Source: Macrostomum lignano
Lineage: Eukaryota
Assembly: GCA_002269645.1 (NCBI GenBank)
Contig: NIVC01001776.1
Location: 1-64,000, forward strand
DNA length: 64,000 nt
Direction of reading: 5' to 3'
Position numbers and translations under genes: made by a program
Shown: one piece after another, positions 13,300 to 24,772 of the stretch
How positions within the stretch are numbered: the first letter of the stretch is position 1
Layout: each line of letters begins with the position of its first letter
The notes under the pieces: generated by a model
Told to the model about the DNA's origin: nothing
The model's input: only the letters and a program-made list of their open reading frames with translations
Databases searched by the model: none

Positions 13300-14070
13300 A
13301 AATGGCCAATATCAATCATTCTCTGGCAGTGCTCATATAGCTTTTCTACCTTAGCCTGCAAGTGGTTTACCTCTAGCTGCTAGAACTAGTGCAACACAGC
13401 TTTTTTGACCTTGTCATGGTTTGTAAAACTCCTCTTGGAAAAGTCAGCCTTTAACTATTTGAACAGAAATCTATTATACAAGTTGAAGTCCAAGCTGTAT
13501 GGACTTTGCCAGAACAGATTCACTTGCCAATGCCATCTAGCCAGAAAATCTTAAACAGCCTTATAGATAGATATATGGCTATACATTGTCTATCTGCAAT
13601 AGAACCTTGTCCAGATGAATTAGATTTGACTAGAGAGACTGCCAGAGATCCCTAGTGTGCTGGACTAAGTCAATAAAATACTAACCATTGACCTTAGTAT
13701 TTGGCAGTGTTGTGCATGCAGATAGAGACTCATTTGTTTGGCATAAAGGCCACTAGTAGCATAGTCTTCTTGTCCAAGATAGACCTCCTTGTCACAGTCA
13801 CCTTGGAGTCCCCAGCTCCCAGCCAGCAGCAATTGTCTGCCTTGCTGCCTTTGCCATCTAGGTAGAACTAGGTTTCATCCTCAATAACCAAGCAGTTTAA
13901 GATATTATTCAAGCCCCAACTACTAAACACCTTGTAGATCTCCTTCAAGCGCAGTTCACACAAGCCTGTTGCTGGTCTGCAGTGAGGTTGTAGGGCACCC
14001 AGACTAAGTAAACATAATGGAGATAGAGATCCTTTGCTAGGATACAGTGGACTGGTGAGGCGGCTAGAAT
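13300..14070 (-). mobile_element. Mariner/Tc1-superfamily transposase fossil
   Basis: Stop-interrupted frames give KDLYLHYVYLVWVPYNLTADQQQACVNC, LVIEDET*FYLDGKGSKADN...KKTMLLVAF, VLLQIDNV*PY and WQSPYSLDFNLYNRFLFK. These match the mariner WVPxxL, DET, DNA.PH and YSPDL motifs. Confidence 0.75.
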
Positions 14071-14074
14071 GATG

Positions 14075-15243
14075 CGGCATTTACTTGATGCCAGTGTCAA
14101 ATTCCTTTACATGAGGGCACCTGCTAAGCGGAACCTCGTCCCGCATAGCAACCTGTGCCTTAACATTCTCAACGAGTTTCAGGCCAATCGCGTCTTCACC
14201 GATGGCATTGCCTCAATGCTCAACCTGAGACAACGCTACTCCGTAGCTATCGACTCGCGCGATACCATCAATGACCAATGGAACCTTGGTGAGCTTCATT
14301 GCTACACCGACGGTTCTAAGCAGTCAGCCAACACCGGTTTTGGTGTTGGAATCTTCCTGAACGGGAGGGTCATCGCAACCCACGCTCAGTACACTGGGGT
14401 CAACTCCAGTGTCTTCCAAAATGAAGTTCTCGCCATCAGCTCCTGCATTGCAGAGCTTCTCGCCACTGGCGTATCCGGTAAGAACATCATTTTCCATTCG
14501 GACAGCCAAGCTGCCTTGCACGCCATCAGTGGCTGTAGTACCAATTCTGCTACAGTCCTCGACTGTATCAAACTCCTCAACATGTTGGGCTCCACCAACA
14601 AAATTACCCTTAAGTGGGTTCCGGGCATGTAGGGATCCGAGGAAATGAGTTGGCTGACGCCCTTGCTAAAGTTGGCGCCTCCGGCTCCTCTCTCGGTCCC
14701 GAACCCCTTGTCCCGATTCCTGGCTGTGTCATCAACTCGCGCATCAAAGCGTGGATCAGGAGTCAGGACCCAGCACCGCTCGACTTGGGCGAACTGCGCC
14801 ACCTGCAGGCAATCCAGAGGCGTTGTCCCTCAGCCCTCTCACCAGCTCCGGAAGCTCCTCTTGCGCCTCTTGCGCAAAGACATCCGGGCTGCCACCATGA
14901 CCCTCTCAGGTCACGGCTGCTTCTCTAGGCACCAGTACCTGCAGGGCAATGCCACCAACGCCATCTGCAGTTTCTGTAACTCAGGTGACGAAACCGCTGA
15001 GCATTTCGTCAGCATCTGTCCCGCCTTTACGTGAGCCAGACTCAATTACCTCGGGCCACACACATCTATTACTGAAGCGTGCAAACCTGAAAACTTTAAT
15101 CAGCTCATGCGCTACCTCCGGGCCACCCGCAGGGCTGAACTCTCCTTTCCAGAGAGCACTATAGCTGCTGGCGACACTGGGGGGACCTCCCTGGGCGGCG
15201 CCAACCCTTCGTCCATAGCAACGCGTCGGCCGTTCAGGGATTA
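14075..15243 (+). mobile_element. 3' half of a LINE: RNase H and C-terminal Cys/His domain (LOA/R1/I-group-like)
   Basis: YTDGSK...SVFQNEVLAI...FHSDSQAAL...LKWVPG/HVGIRGNELADALAK; SGHGCFSRH...CSFCNSGDETAEHFVSICP. Frameshifts are present. Confidence 0.9.
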
Positions 15244-15244
15244 G

Positions 15245-17345
15245 CGGAATGGACGAAGAGGTCGAGAGGCGGTAGATTAAGGAAGGCCCCCATGCCGGCA
15301 AAGAGCGTGGATCTGGTGGCGTTGCAGATGAGCCTACACGCTCTGCCCTGAATCGTGTTGAGCAAATCTGCATGGCTTTTGACCTGGGTAGCGCTAACCC
15401 AGACAACCGAGGCGTACGTAATGGCAGGTCTAACTACGGAAGTGTAGATCCACCAAAGTGCTCGTCGGAGCTGGGCCAGGATGGCTGAGGCACGCTTCGC
15501 TTTTGCTTTCACGTGGAAGGACCAGTTGAGCCGGTGGTCAAGAAGTATGACCCCGAGACATCTGGTCTGATGCGCGAAGGCAATATCTCTGCCGTATAAC
15601 TGCAGAGGTCGTATGTTCCAGCGTATTCTGCTGTTGAACATAATGGCAACAGTTTTGGGCTCAGAGAGTTCCAGACCGTTGTCATTGGCCCAGGATTCTG
15701 CTTTGCGGATAAAGCTCTGCATCAGATCCCTGAGCGTGCCGGGGGACGGCCCAGCCACAATGGCAGTGACGTCGTCAGCATACCCGACTTTGAAGATGGG
15801 ATCCGGTCGGGAGTCGCCCAGAAGAGCGTCCATGACCAGGTTCCAGAGCGTCGGGGTGAGGACTCCGCCTTGGGGTCCACCCTTACAGACTCTGGCGGAG
15901 GCAGTTTGCTTTAGAAGTTGGGCAGTGACCGTACGGTTAGAGATCATGTACATGATCCACCGTATGAGGGTAGCGTGAGCTTTGCGGTTTTGAAGGGCCC
16001 TCTGAAACGCTTCAAAGATAACGTTGTCGAAGGCGCCAACAATGTCGAGAAAAAGAGCCAGGGCGTAAACGTCACCCAGTCCGCCCGTTCAATCTTCTAG
16101 ACTATCGCATACAGGGCACTGTCAGTCGACCTCCCGGTACGGAAGGCGTGCTGATGATTGCTGAGGGGCATTGCTGTCAGCTCGCATGAAAACAGCCGCC
16201 AAAGAATAAGCCTCTCAGTCAGCTTAAGCATTGCTGACGTTAAGCTAATTGGCCTAAATGCCTTGACGCTCTGGTAGTCACCCTTCCCAGGTTTGGGAAT
16301 GAAGACTACCCGAGCTTCGGTCCAGCACTTGGGAACGTTTCCCAGCTGGATAGAGGCCCGCATGAGATTGCGGGTAAGTCTCAAGAACGAGGGTATCTTG
16401 GCTGCTTCACGAAGAAGAACAGGGTAGATACCATCAGGTTCAGGAGATTTGAAGGGCTTGAAGGTTCTGACCGCACGAGCGATTAAGTCTTCATTGATAA
16501 TGCCCGCCGCTAGGGTGGCTCCATCCATCGAATGGTTGGGTTCCGATCTAGCAGTGGGTACACTCGGGAAGAATGTGCTAAGCATATGCTGAAGCACTTC
16601 TTCAGGGTCTTTAGTAAGAGAGCCATCATCTTTTCTGATCATGGCTAATTTGGACATTTTGTCCATTGTAAGGGCCTTGATCCAAGGTCTGTCTTGATCC
16701 AACTCATTGCAGAATTGGCGCCATTTACATTCCTTGGCCTTGCGCACTTCAGATTTGAAGTTGCGGGAGGCTTGTCGGAAAAGCTCCATGTCCTCCGGGT
16801 TTCCGGTCTTCATGGCACGGCGTGAAGGCTTTTGGCCTTCGCCTGAGTTTCCCCAGCTCCGGGTTCCACCACGGCGCCGAGGTCTTGCCTTTGTAGGCAC
16901 GGACAGGGCAGGCCGCTTCATAGGCTGCAATAATGCAACCTGTCAGCGTCTCAGCCGCATGGTCCACATCCTCGCAGGTCTCAATCGGGCGTAAGTCCGT
17001 GAGTTCCTGCAGGTGCAGATCAAGGATAGCCTTATAGGCTGCCCAATCAGTGTTGCGGATGTTACACCTCCAAGTGATCGAGGACGGGTTTAGTGTCCGC
17101 GATGTTAAAGGCGATAAAGCAGTGGTCAGACAGGGAGGGCTCCTCAGACCAGACTCTCCACTCCTCAACTTTGTCAGTCTTGGGGTAACGCGTGTGGCAT
17201 CGAGGACCTCAGTCCATCTGCCATTGTTAAAGGTAGGAGTGCTACCGCGGTTGCAGAGCATGAGGTTAGTGTTAGAGATAAGGGCCAGAAGCTCCTCCCC
17301 TCTAGTATTGGTGTCTTTGCTGCCCCAGTGCTTATGGTGTGCTTT
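15245..17345 (-). mobile_element. 5' half of a LINE: APE endonuclease end and RT (LOA/R1-like)
   Basis: HHKHWGSKDTNTRGEELL...TPTF, FKPFKSPEPDGIYPVLL, VVFIPKPGK...FRPISLTS, QHAFRTGRST, GPQGGVLTPTLWNLVMD, GYADD, LNLPPLDLFV. Confidence 0.92.
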
Positions 17346-17729
17346 TCTTTTCTTGCTCACTCAGTCATAGGTGGGCCACCACAATAGTTTTTTTCCTAGA
17401 AAACAAACCTTATTAACCCAAAATGTCAAAACTGAAATAACTTGACCTAAATTTGGATCCTAGCAAGGAAAAATATCAAATAATTTTCAAATGAACCTAA
17501 AAACCGAATAGAATTTAGTTGCAAATACAATTGCTAGAGCTATAAGCATTAGACCTTGCCTAAAATAATTAAATGATTACTTTAAAATCTAAATGCTATT
17601 AACAAGATATTTGCTTGTGATGGTGCATGCAGCTTCACTATTTGGGATTGGACTAAGCAGTAAGAGGCAGAGCTGCAAACTCAGGATATTTTGTTAATAT
17701 TACAGCTGACTGCCACTGCACTGTCCGCC

Positions 17730-18170
17730 ATGCACAACAATCGGTCATCGCAGTCTCAGGCGGCGGGCAGCAGCGGCGATAACAATGAAGGTCACCAGAC
17801 AGGCTCAGCGGCCTCAGCCGTACCCGTAGTCCGCCGCGTCCGCCTGACCAGCAGCTCGCAGTTGCCTAGCAACTATTCTCAGACCCCTGGCGGCACCATC
17901 TTTGGCACCACGCCTGGCGGCACCCGCGTCATCTACGATAGAGACTTCCTGCTGAGCCGGCGGGACTGCCCGCTGGCCCGGACTCCGCCAGCCGGCTTGC
18001 CGAGGATTCCCGGCGTCACGTGCGGCGGCGACGGCAACTCTGGCGGCGGCGGCGGCGTAGGCGGACCGGCTGTGAATGGAGTCCACGCGGCTCGCTCGCC
18101 AGAATCCACGGCGGCTGTGAACGGTGATGGTGGCGGCGCTGGAGGCACCGAGTTTGAGATGGACATTTGA
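17730..18170 (+). CDS. EIF4EBP: eIF4E-binding protein (4E-BP), single exon, 146 aa
   Basis: [27 protein letters not shown] (TP phosphosites and the YxxxxL-phi eIF4E-binding motif), PLARTPP, and the C-terminal TOS motif FEMDI followed by a stop. Confidence 0.96.
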   Translation: MHNNRSSQSQAAGSSGDNNEGHQTGSAASAVPVVRRVRLTSSSQLPSNYSQTPGGTIFGTTPGGTRVIYDRDFLLSRRDCPLARTPPAGLPRIPGVTCGGDGNSGGGGGVGGPAVNGVHAARSPESTAAVNGDGGGAGGTEFEMDI

Positions 18171-18443
18171 GATTTTCGGAGCTTCAGATGAACATTTGAG
18201 ATTTCCGGAGCTTCAGATGAACATTTGAGATTTCCGGAGCTTGAGATGGACATTTGAGATTTCCGGAGCTTCAGATGAACATTTGAGATTTCCGGAGCTT
18301 GAGATGGACATTTGAGATTTCCGGAGTTTGAGATGAGCATTTGAGATTTCCGGAGTTTGAGATGGACATTTGAGATTTCCGGAGTTTGGGATGACATCTG
18401 ATAGTTCCGGAGCTTGAGATGGACACCTGAGATTTCCGGAGTT
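18150..18443 (+). repeat. 29-bp minisatellite, about 10 units, whose first unit is the end of the 4E-BP CDS
   Basis: Unit GAG(T/C)TT(G/C)AGATG(G/A)ACATTTGAGATTTCCG; units start at 18150, 18179, 18208, 18237, 18266, 18295, 18324, 18353, 18382 and 18410. Confidence 0.95.
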
Positions 18444-19024
18444 TTTTCTAGAATTCCTGGAGCTAAACTGAAGGTATGAAATTCTCAGAAGCTTTTAAAA
18501 CAAGCATCTGAGATTGTGTGAAGCGAGCTTTGATAGCTTTTGGCTTGAGAGACTTATGTCATTTTATTTTCATTTACAAAGTATTCAACTCTGCAGTGAC
18601 TGGTCCAGCACGAGTGCACAGACAGACGGGCCAGGGGTTCAGTGAGTGCTTGAATTAAAGGGACAATTAATTTTGTAAGTAATCAATTCGCTTACGAGTC
18701 AGAAGTACCTATGCAGGCTTTTTGCCGGACAGAATATTAAGCCTAGTTTGCGGAATTGACGGAGCCACATACTTAAGTAATACTCGAACATGTGGCATTA
18801 GCATTGTTCCTCTTGCTGAGTGTTGCAGAACCAGATTCGAATGGAATTTCGAGTTTGCCGTGTTGCTTCAATAAAAATGCCAGTTCAGTTAATTTATTTC
18901 ACTCTGCTGCTGTGCTTGGAAAAAATAGACTCTTCAGCGCGTGACTTCAGTTGTTATTTTATGTTTTAGTGCTATGTAAATCTAGGAGCTTGATATTTCA
19001 GGGGGGTGGGCGACATGGTCCCGC

Positions 19025-19205
19025 AACATGCCTACGCAGGCACGCACTCGTGCACACGCTCGCACAAGGTGTACAGCGGCCCTGACCTAATCGTTAGGCG
19101 TGTACACTCTCCGTGCCTTGGAACTTGGTTCTCATGGGTCCAACAGATTTGCTTCAGCTGTGACCAATGTGGGATGCACCCGATCAGAACCATCGAGTGC
19201 TAGGA
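19025..19205 (-). mobile_element. tRNA-derived SINE family copy
   Basis: ggtgtacagcggccctgacc...cgtgtacactctccgtgccttgg core. Confidence 0.6.
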
Positions 19206-19763
19206 TTAAGAAAGTGAAGAGACTTCAGCGTTTCGTCGCTGCTCAGTCACTGCTCACTTGTCACATTTGTAGCACTGGCAGGTTACTCATGAAGTACCAC
19301 ACAGGAAGCTTTTTGTCCCAGTGAAACACAAGTTTCCGATGTGGTGGAATTGTAAAAATGCGAAGTACATTGCGAGTCATATTTCTCGCAAGTATTCTTG
19401 CCCTGCTGGCGTACAGTATGAATGAACGCATTTTTCAGTAGCACAGTGCAGAGATGGAATCCATAGGAATAGCTACAGTGTAGCCAGGCAAGATTTGTAC
19501 AGCTCTTCTTTGTACTATCTTTTATTTTTAGACATTGGGCTGTACTGTAGGCAACTGCTAGATTGAGTCTTGTGTGAAAGACAAATGCATTATTGTGAGC
19601 CAACTTGTCTGCTTGATAGCATTTCGGATGCTAATTTTGCTTTCAAAAAGAGATGCCATCTTTAATGTCTATATATTGTTTTGCCTTGCATAGTTACCCT
19701 TAATTTGCCTGTTTTTAAACAACCGCTGGAACACTAATCTATACCGTTTGGTTTTTGTTTGCG

Positions 19764-21173
19764 ATGCTTCGCGAATGCACAGTCGACATTCTGGTGGTGC
19801 TGCTTATGAAGATGTGCAGCAAGGTCGTGGACAATCAGTTCGGCACACTGTCGCCGGGGAAATTTTTGTCTGTAAACGGTACGTGCCGGCTGAGCGATCA
19901 GTGCTTTGACTCGCGAGGCTCAGCAGTCTCTTGGATTTATTCCACCAGGTATCTTCTTCCAGTGCTTGGCGGGCTGCTAGCTAATGCCTGCATGGGATAC
20001 TTGGTTGTAATTCACATCTGCGGTCACCTGATGCTTCTTTCCTCTATCCTTCTTATGGTTGAAATCTTTTTCGATTTCATCTGCAGTTCAAGCGCTTTAG
20101 TTACGGCAGCCTGGTCGCCTATTCCAATTCTGTACGGCCTGATACAGCCATGCATTGTGTACTGCATCTACCGCTGGTACCCTCAGCCCAGGATTTGGAC
20201 AATACTCAGCGTTGCCTACTTTTTGTCCGTGAAGCTTGGTGAGTTCATCGGCATTGTGCTGCCCATGTCCGAGGGGCTAGTCGGGAACTATTACACTTTG
20301 GTTGGCATTGTGGCCAGCATAGCGTTCATCGCTATGTCGCGCTACATCAATACTGACGACCTGGTTCGGCGCGACCGTTTCACATTTCCAACAACAGGTC
20401 GTTTGATTCGATACTTCAAGATATTTTCTCCAATGATTCCGTTTATAATTTCGGTTGCTAGAAGTCAAAGTTTGGTGTACACTATTGAGATGCGTCACTA
20501 CATCGAATCAATTGGTTCGACTAACACCACTAATGGCCAATCTAACGAGTGTTTAGTTTCACCTGAGTTAATGAAAGTCAGTTGTCAGATCGTGTGGAGT
20601 CTGCTGCTAATGCTGGTTGCCTACCGCTCGTCCAAGCATATATCCATTGAGCTCCGGCTTCAGGGAGGAATCATTGTCAAAGCCCTGGTGGAAATCGTCT
20701 TAATATTAGTTTCGCGGTCCCCGCCTCAGCGCACCCTGTCTGTGCAGGCCGTGTTCTGGGCCGCCTCCGCAGTGGACGGTGCGGCCGAGTTGCTGACCGT
20801 GATCGCCGCCTTCGAGATACTGAACGGCGTTGCGCCAAACCACTGCAAGCTGTTCGTGATGGGGATCGGCTTCACCGTATGGGGCCTCGCTACTCTGGCC
20901 GGTCAGTCTCTAGTAGCGATTCTTAGCGCCGTACCAGCGCACAACCCGGTTCTGCAACCGGCGCAGGGCCGGGCGCCCCTGTTCTATGTCTACCATATGA
21001 TTATTGTTGCATTCCTAATCGTTAGCTCGGCGTACTATCGATTCGTGGCTTATCCAATGGCTGTAATGCTGTTCCTGTCAGGCGACATCTCTGACCAGGA
21101 AGACTGCATCGACGACGAGCAATGGGATCGGGAGATTAACGAAGAAACACCGCTGATCGAGTTTACAGCATGA
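19764..21173 (+). CDS. Divergent MFS transporter, POT/PTR2 (SLC15)-like, intronless ORF of about 469 aa
   Basis: About 11-12 hydrophobic segments. STRYLLPVLGGLLANACMG resembles POT YxxPLxGxxxAD; AAFEILNGVAPNHCKLFV resembles POT GLEFxYxxAPxSMKS; C-terminal EETPLI. The true start or an upstream exon is uncertain. Confidence 0.68.
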   Translation: MLRECTVDILVVLLMKMCSKVVDNQFGTLSPGKFLSVNGTCRLSDQCFDSRGSAVSWIYSTRYLLPVLGGLLANACMGYLVVIHICGHLMLLSSILLMVEIFFDFICSSSALVTAAWSPIPILYGLIQPCIVYCIYRWYPQPRIWTILSVAYFLSVKLGEFIGIVLPMSEGLVGNYYTLVGIVASIAFIAMSRYINTDDLVRRDRFTFPTTGRLIRYFKIFSPMIPFIISVARSQSLVYTIEMRHYIESIGSTNTTNGQSNECLVSPELMKVSCQIVWSLLLMLVAYRSSKHISIELRLQGGIIVKALVEIVLILVSRSPPQRTLSVQAVFWAASAVDGAAELLTVIAAFEILNGVAPNHCKLFVMGIGFTVWGLATLAGQSLVAILSAVPAHNPVLQPAQGRAPLFYVYHMIIVAFLIVSSAYYRFVAYPMAVMLFLSGDISDQEDCIDDEQWDREINEETPLIEFTA

Positions 21174-21511
21174 CAATGTTGAAACGACTTTTATGATTTG
21201 TGAAGTACCATGAAATAACTCGTATCGAACCGTAGGCCAACAGCGCGCAAAACTTACCGTATATAGACATTGACAGATATATATATATATATATATATAA
21301 GCGTAGGTAAAAGCAGAGATAATTCGCGAGTATACTGGCTAATTTTAAATACCTGTATTATTACGTAATACCATCATACCTAACAGACACCGCAAAATTT
21401 GAGATTTTGAGCACTATATGCTCGTGTTAATTACTCGTATTTTGTTTCTACGATCGCTAACAACCCGGCCACCTCGCCGTCTGGCACAGAAACGGTAATT
21501 AAATCTTGGCT

Positions 21512-22484
21512 TCATTCGTACGCAAACTCCAAGCCAAGGGGCGAAAATCTTTCGCTAACGATCCGATCGAACAGCTCGCTCTGCGCCACAGTGAATTGAC
21601 GCTTCCAGTCTCCAATGAGGCCTTTGCGTAGAAATCGAAACCCGGTGCCAAAGGTCGTATTCAAATTGTCGTTGCTGAACATGGAGGTGAACTTGCAGTT
21701 GTGCATCACACAGGCTAGTTGCTCCTCTGTCGGGTTGATTCCCAGGTGCTTGGCAATTCGCTGGATGTTGTCAGCAGGTTCGCTAACCAGATCTTCGTAC
21801 TTCAAGAGCAGCACGTTCGGCTCATTCCGGAGCTGCCACCAGTCCGCAGAGACCTAAGTATGCGGAGTAGCTATTAAGTGAATACGGTATCAAAGTTTGC
21901 ATCTTTACAGGTTAAAGCCTCACAAAACTAACCTGAAAGTAGTCGCCGCACATTGTCTTGCCGCTCAGGAATATGTCAACAAATTCGTCCCAGGCTCCCG
22001 ACCAGGGCCCGTACATCTCGAGGCCTTTGTAGAAGTGGTAGAGCGAATTGCAGCAGTCCTTGGGGTTGCGCAGCACGGCAATCACTCGGGGCTTGGCTTC
22101 GTTTAACCTGTGCGAAATTAACGCGTACGGGACGTGCGTCTTGATGAGGCGCTGCTCATCCTCGCCAGCCGACTCCAACCTGTCGATGCCCCACTTTACG
22201 GGACCAGAGACTCCCCAACCGTAGTTGAACTCCAGGAACGGGAACCGTTGGTCAATGGGAGCGTACTTGCCCCCTTGCTTGATGGTGTCTCGGTGAACAA
22301 GCTGCCATACAATTTCCTGAGTAAGCGTTGTGCCGCACCTGGGAAAAGTGCACACGCAAACATCGCTCGGTCGGAATCTAAAGTCCAGAGATCGGCGCAG
22401 CACCTCAGGTGTGGTGTAGTTGTTCCACACGACGCCTTCCATTTCGAATTCGTTGAGCGTTTTTCTGTGAGTGGTGGCCGTCAT
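21512..22484 (-). CDS. Cytosolic sulfotransferase (Sulfotransfer_1), two exons (22484-21933, 21853-21512), 297 aa
   Basis: TFPRCGTT (5'-PSB loop), RFPFLE, RLIKTH, LRNPKDCCNSLYHF (3'-PB), LLLKYEDL, FLRKGLIGDWK. A 79-nt GT-AG intron sits in phase 0. Confidence 0.93.
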
Positions 22485-24772
22485 TTTTCAGATTCTACCG
22501 TGCGTGCTCGTTTTTCTTTCGCTGTTGGCCACATCTTATAGATAAAATTTGCGTGGGCGGATATAAATTCATTTTTCGACCTCACTTAATCCTTTCTGGT
22601 AATGAAAGTGATTGTGCGTTCGTGCTGTGAACCCGGCTTCAGTGTCTTAGTTGAAAATGAAAATTTTCAGTATCAAAAATATATTAAAGCATGGATCTGG
22701 GTCTTCTTGCATTTTCCAAAATAATTTTATCTCTCATGGCATCCTCCACAAGTGGGGCGCTTTCACAAGGTCGAAGTTTTATAACGTCAAAATCTACTGC
22801 ATGATTTTTGTTGTACTCAACAACATTAAAAAGTCGCAACCTTTGAGAATGCGCAGTAAATTCTAGTTCAGTATTGACTTTTGAGTGACGCAACTTGCGC
22901 CACGCAACGCAACGCAGAGTTGGGCTGGGTGAGGGGGGATTGGGAAGAGCGGAGGGCGAAGAATAGATGGATTGAAGCTTCCGTCCGTTTTTTTGTTTTT
23001 CTTCAAGCAGTTTTGTATGTCAAGATGGTTGTCCAGGTGATAGACTCTGGTCGAAAGACACTGCTCACTGGGGCAAATGGTGGCGACTTTTCAATGTTGC
23101 TATTGCTAAGTATATATTAAGTTTACAACGTCGTGAAATTTCGAGTTTTTAACCCTCCACGAGTCTTGATTCGCCACGGTAAACGGAGCATACCATTAGC
23201 CGTCAGGAACGTGTTGTGAGCTGCGCCTCACAATGCCCTTGCCCCGACCTCTCTCGCTCTCCGCCTCTCCTCTCTACCGCTGGTTCATTCTGGTCTGCCT
23301 CCCCCTCCGTCTTGAGATACCGTTCTTCGTTTTATTTTTCTCGTTTTCATTTTCATTGGCTGGCGTCTTTTCGTCTCTCTCTCTTTCGTTTGGGCCAGTC
23401 CAATCATGTCTCTCGCCGCGGAAGCACCTGATTGGCTAGCCTCCCCCCTTCTTTCTCTCTCGCCCTTCAACTCTGTGTGTTTTATGCCCCCCACCCCCCA
23501 GCCCTGCGTGGCTTAGCCCCACCCAGCCCCTGCTCTCACCCTGTATCAATGTGCGCGCACGGCCCTCGCCCGGCTCTAGCCCTCCCTGCTCCATCTACCA
23601 CTAGCTAGCCTACATGAGCGCAGCAAGTGATACCCTTCAATACCCTTCATTTATTTGCCATCTTCCGAATTTTCTTTCGTCACAGTCTTTATTGGAGTCT
23701 GCGTAGTGGATATGTACGCCTCCAGACCCGTGTTCACCTCTGCTGCTGCTGAGTGGCTACCTGCTCACAGCCTCTCACCGGCACCTTCCCTCTTGCCGTA
23801 GGGCTGGACGAGTGTCTGTACGCTCCCCCCAGCCCCTCCCCTTCCAATTCCGCCCCAGTGTCTGTACGCCTCGGGGCTCGCCGCTTTCCACCCTTTGATA
23901 CCCGGCAAGCTCAGGGCACTCCCGTATCCGACCGAACCCCGATCACCCGTCTGCGGAAAATACAACAAACGTATGATATAATGCAAGTGGACATACATAC
24001 CAGCGTAAAACACGGGCAAGCCGGCAAAACTGAGGTTGAGGCGTGACCATCAGTCTTCTAGAATTTTTAAGCCCTATTTAGAATTCTTAGATCACTGCTT
24101 AATAATCAAGAAAAAAATCAGTTGACTATTTAAAAAAGTAATGAAGAGCCTTAAAAACACGGGTGCTTCTACGTTTAGCTTTACCAATCCTTGCTTGCTT
24201 GCATGCTTTACCAATGCATTACCAATGCATTACCAGTGCATTACCAGTGCATGCTTTACCAATGCAACAGATTGGCTTAACTTTCGGCAAGCGTTTCTAA
24301 GAAAGGATTTTATCGATAGTTTCTCTTTCTTAGCTCTAATTACATACGTGAATCTTCGGTGCATCTGTGAGGTTGCTGAGGAACTCTGTTCCTCTGTTTC
24401 CTTTGTTTCTGCTGCTAGGAAAACCGAACGAGATCGCATGCGGCCTACGAAGCCAGTGTGGGCGCAGGACGCAAGTGAACCCCAGGAAGCGAAGTGAGAA
24501 GAAGTTCCTGGGTGGCTGCTTGATTCTTTTGTCACCCCCGTCATTTGTTTTCCACACAATGGCTCGCAACTCAGTCGTAAAAACATGGATTCAACTTTCC
24601 ACCTTTGCCTTATTTGCAAACGTCTCCTTGACAACCAACAAGATGAGGCAGGCTACAGGATATTCAAGCAGAATTGCGAGCTTATAAACTTATAAACCAT
24701 TGCAAAAGTGAAAAAAGTTTGCTTGCTTGCTTGTCGAGGTAGCGAAAAGTATATTGCAGGATAAAGCAATTC

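Noticed and set aside
17352-17400. Possible other end (TIR) of the 13.3-14.1 kb mariner fossil
   Set aside because: It looks like a transposon terminus, but I found no matching inverted copy near 13.2-13.3 kb.
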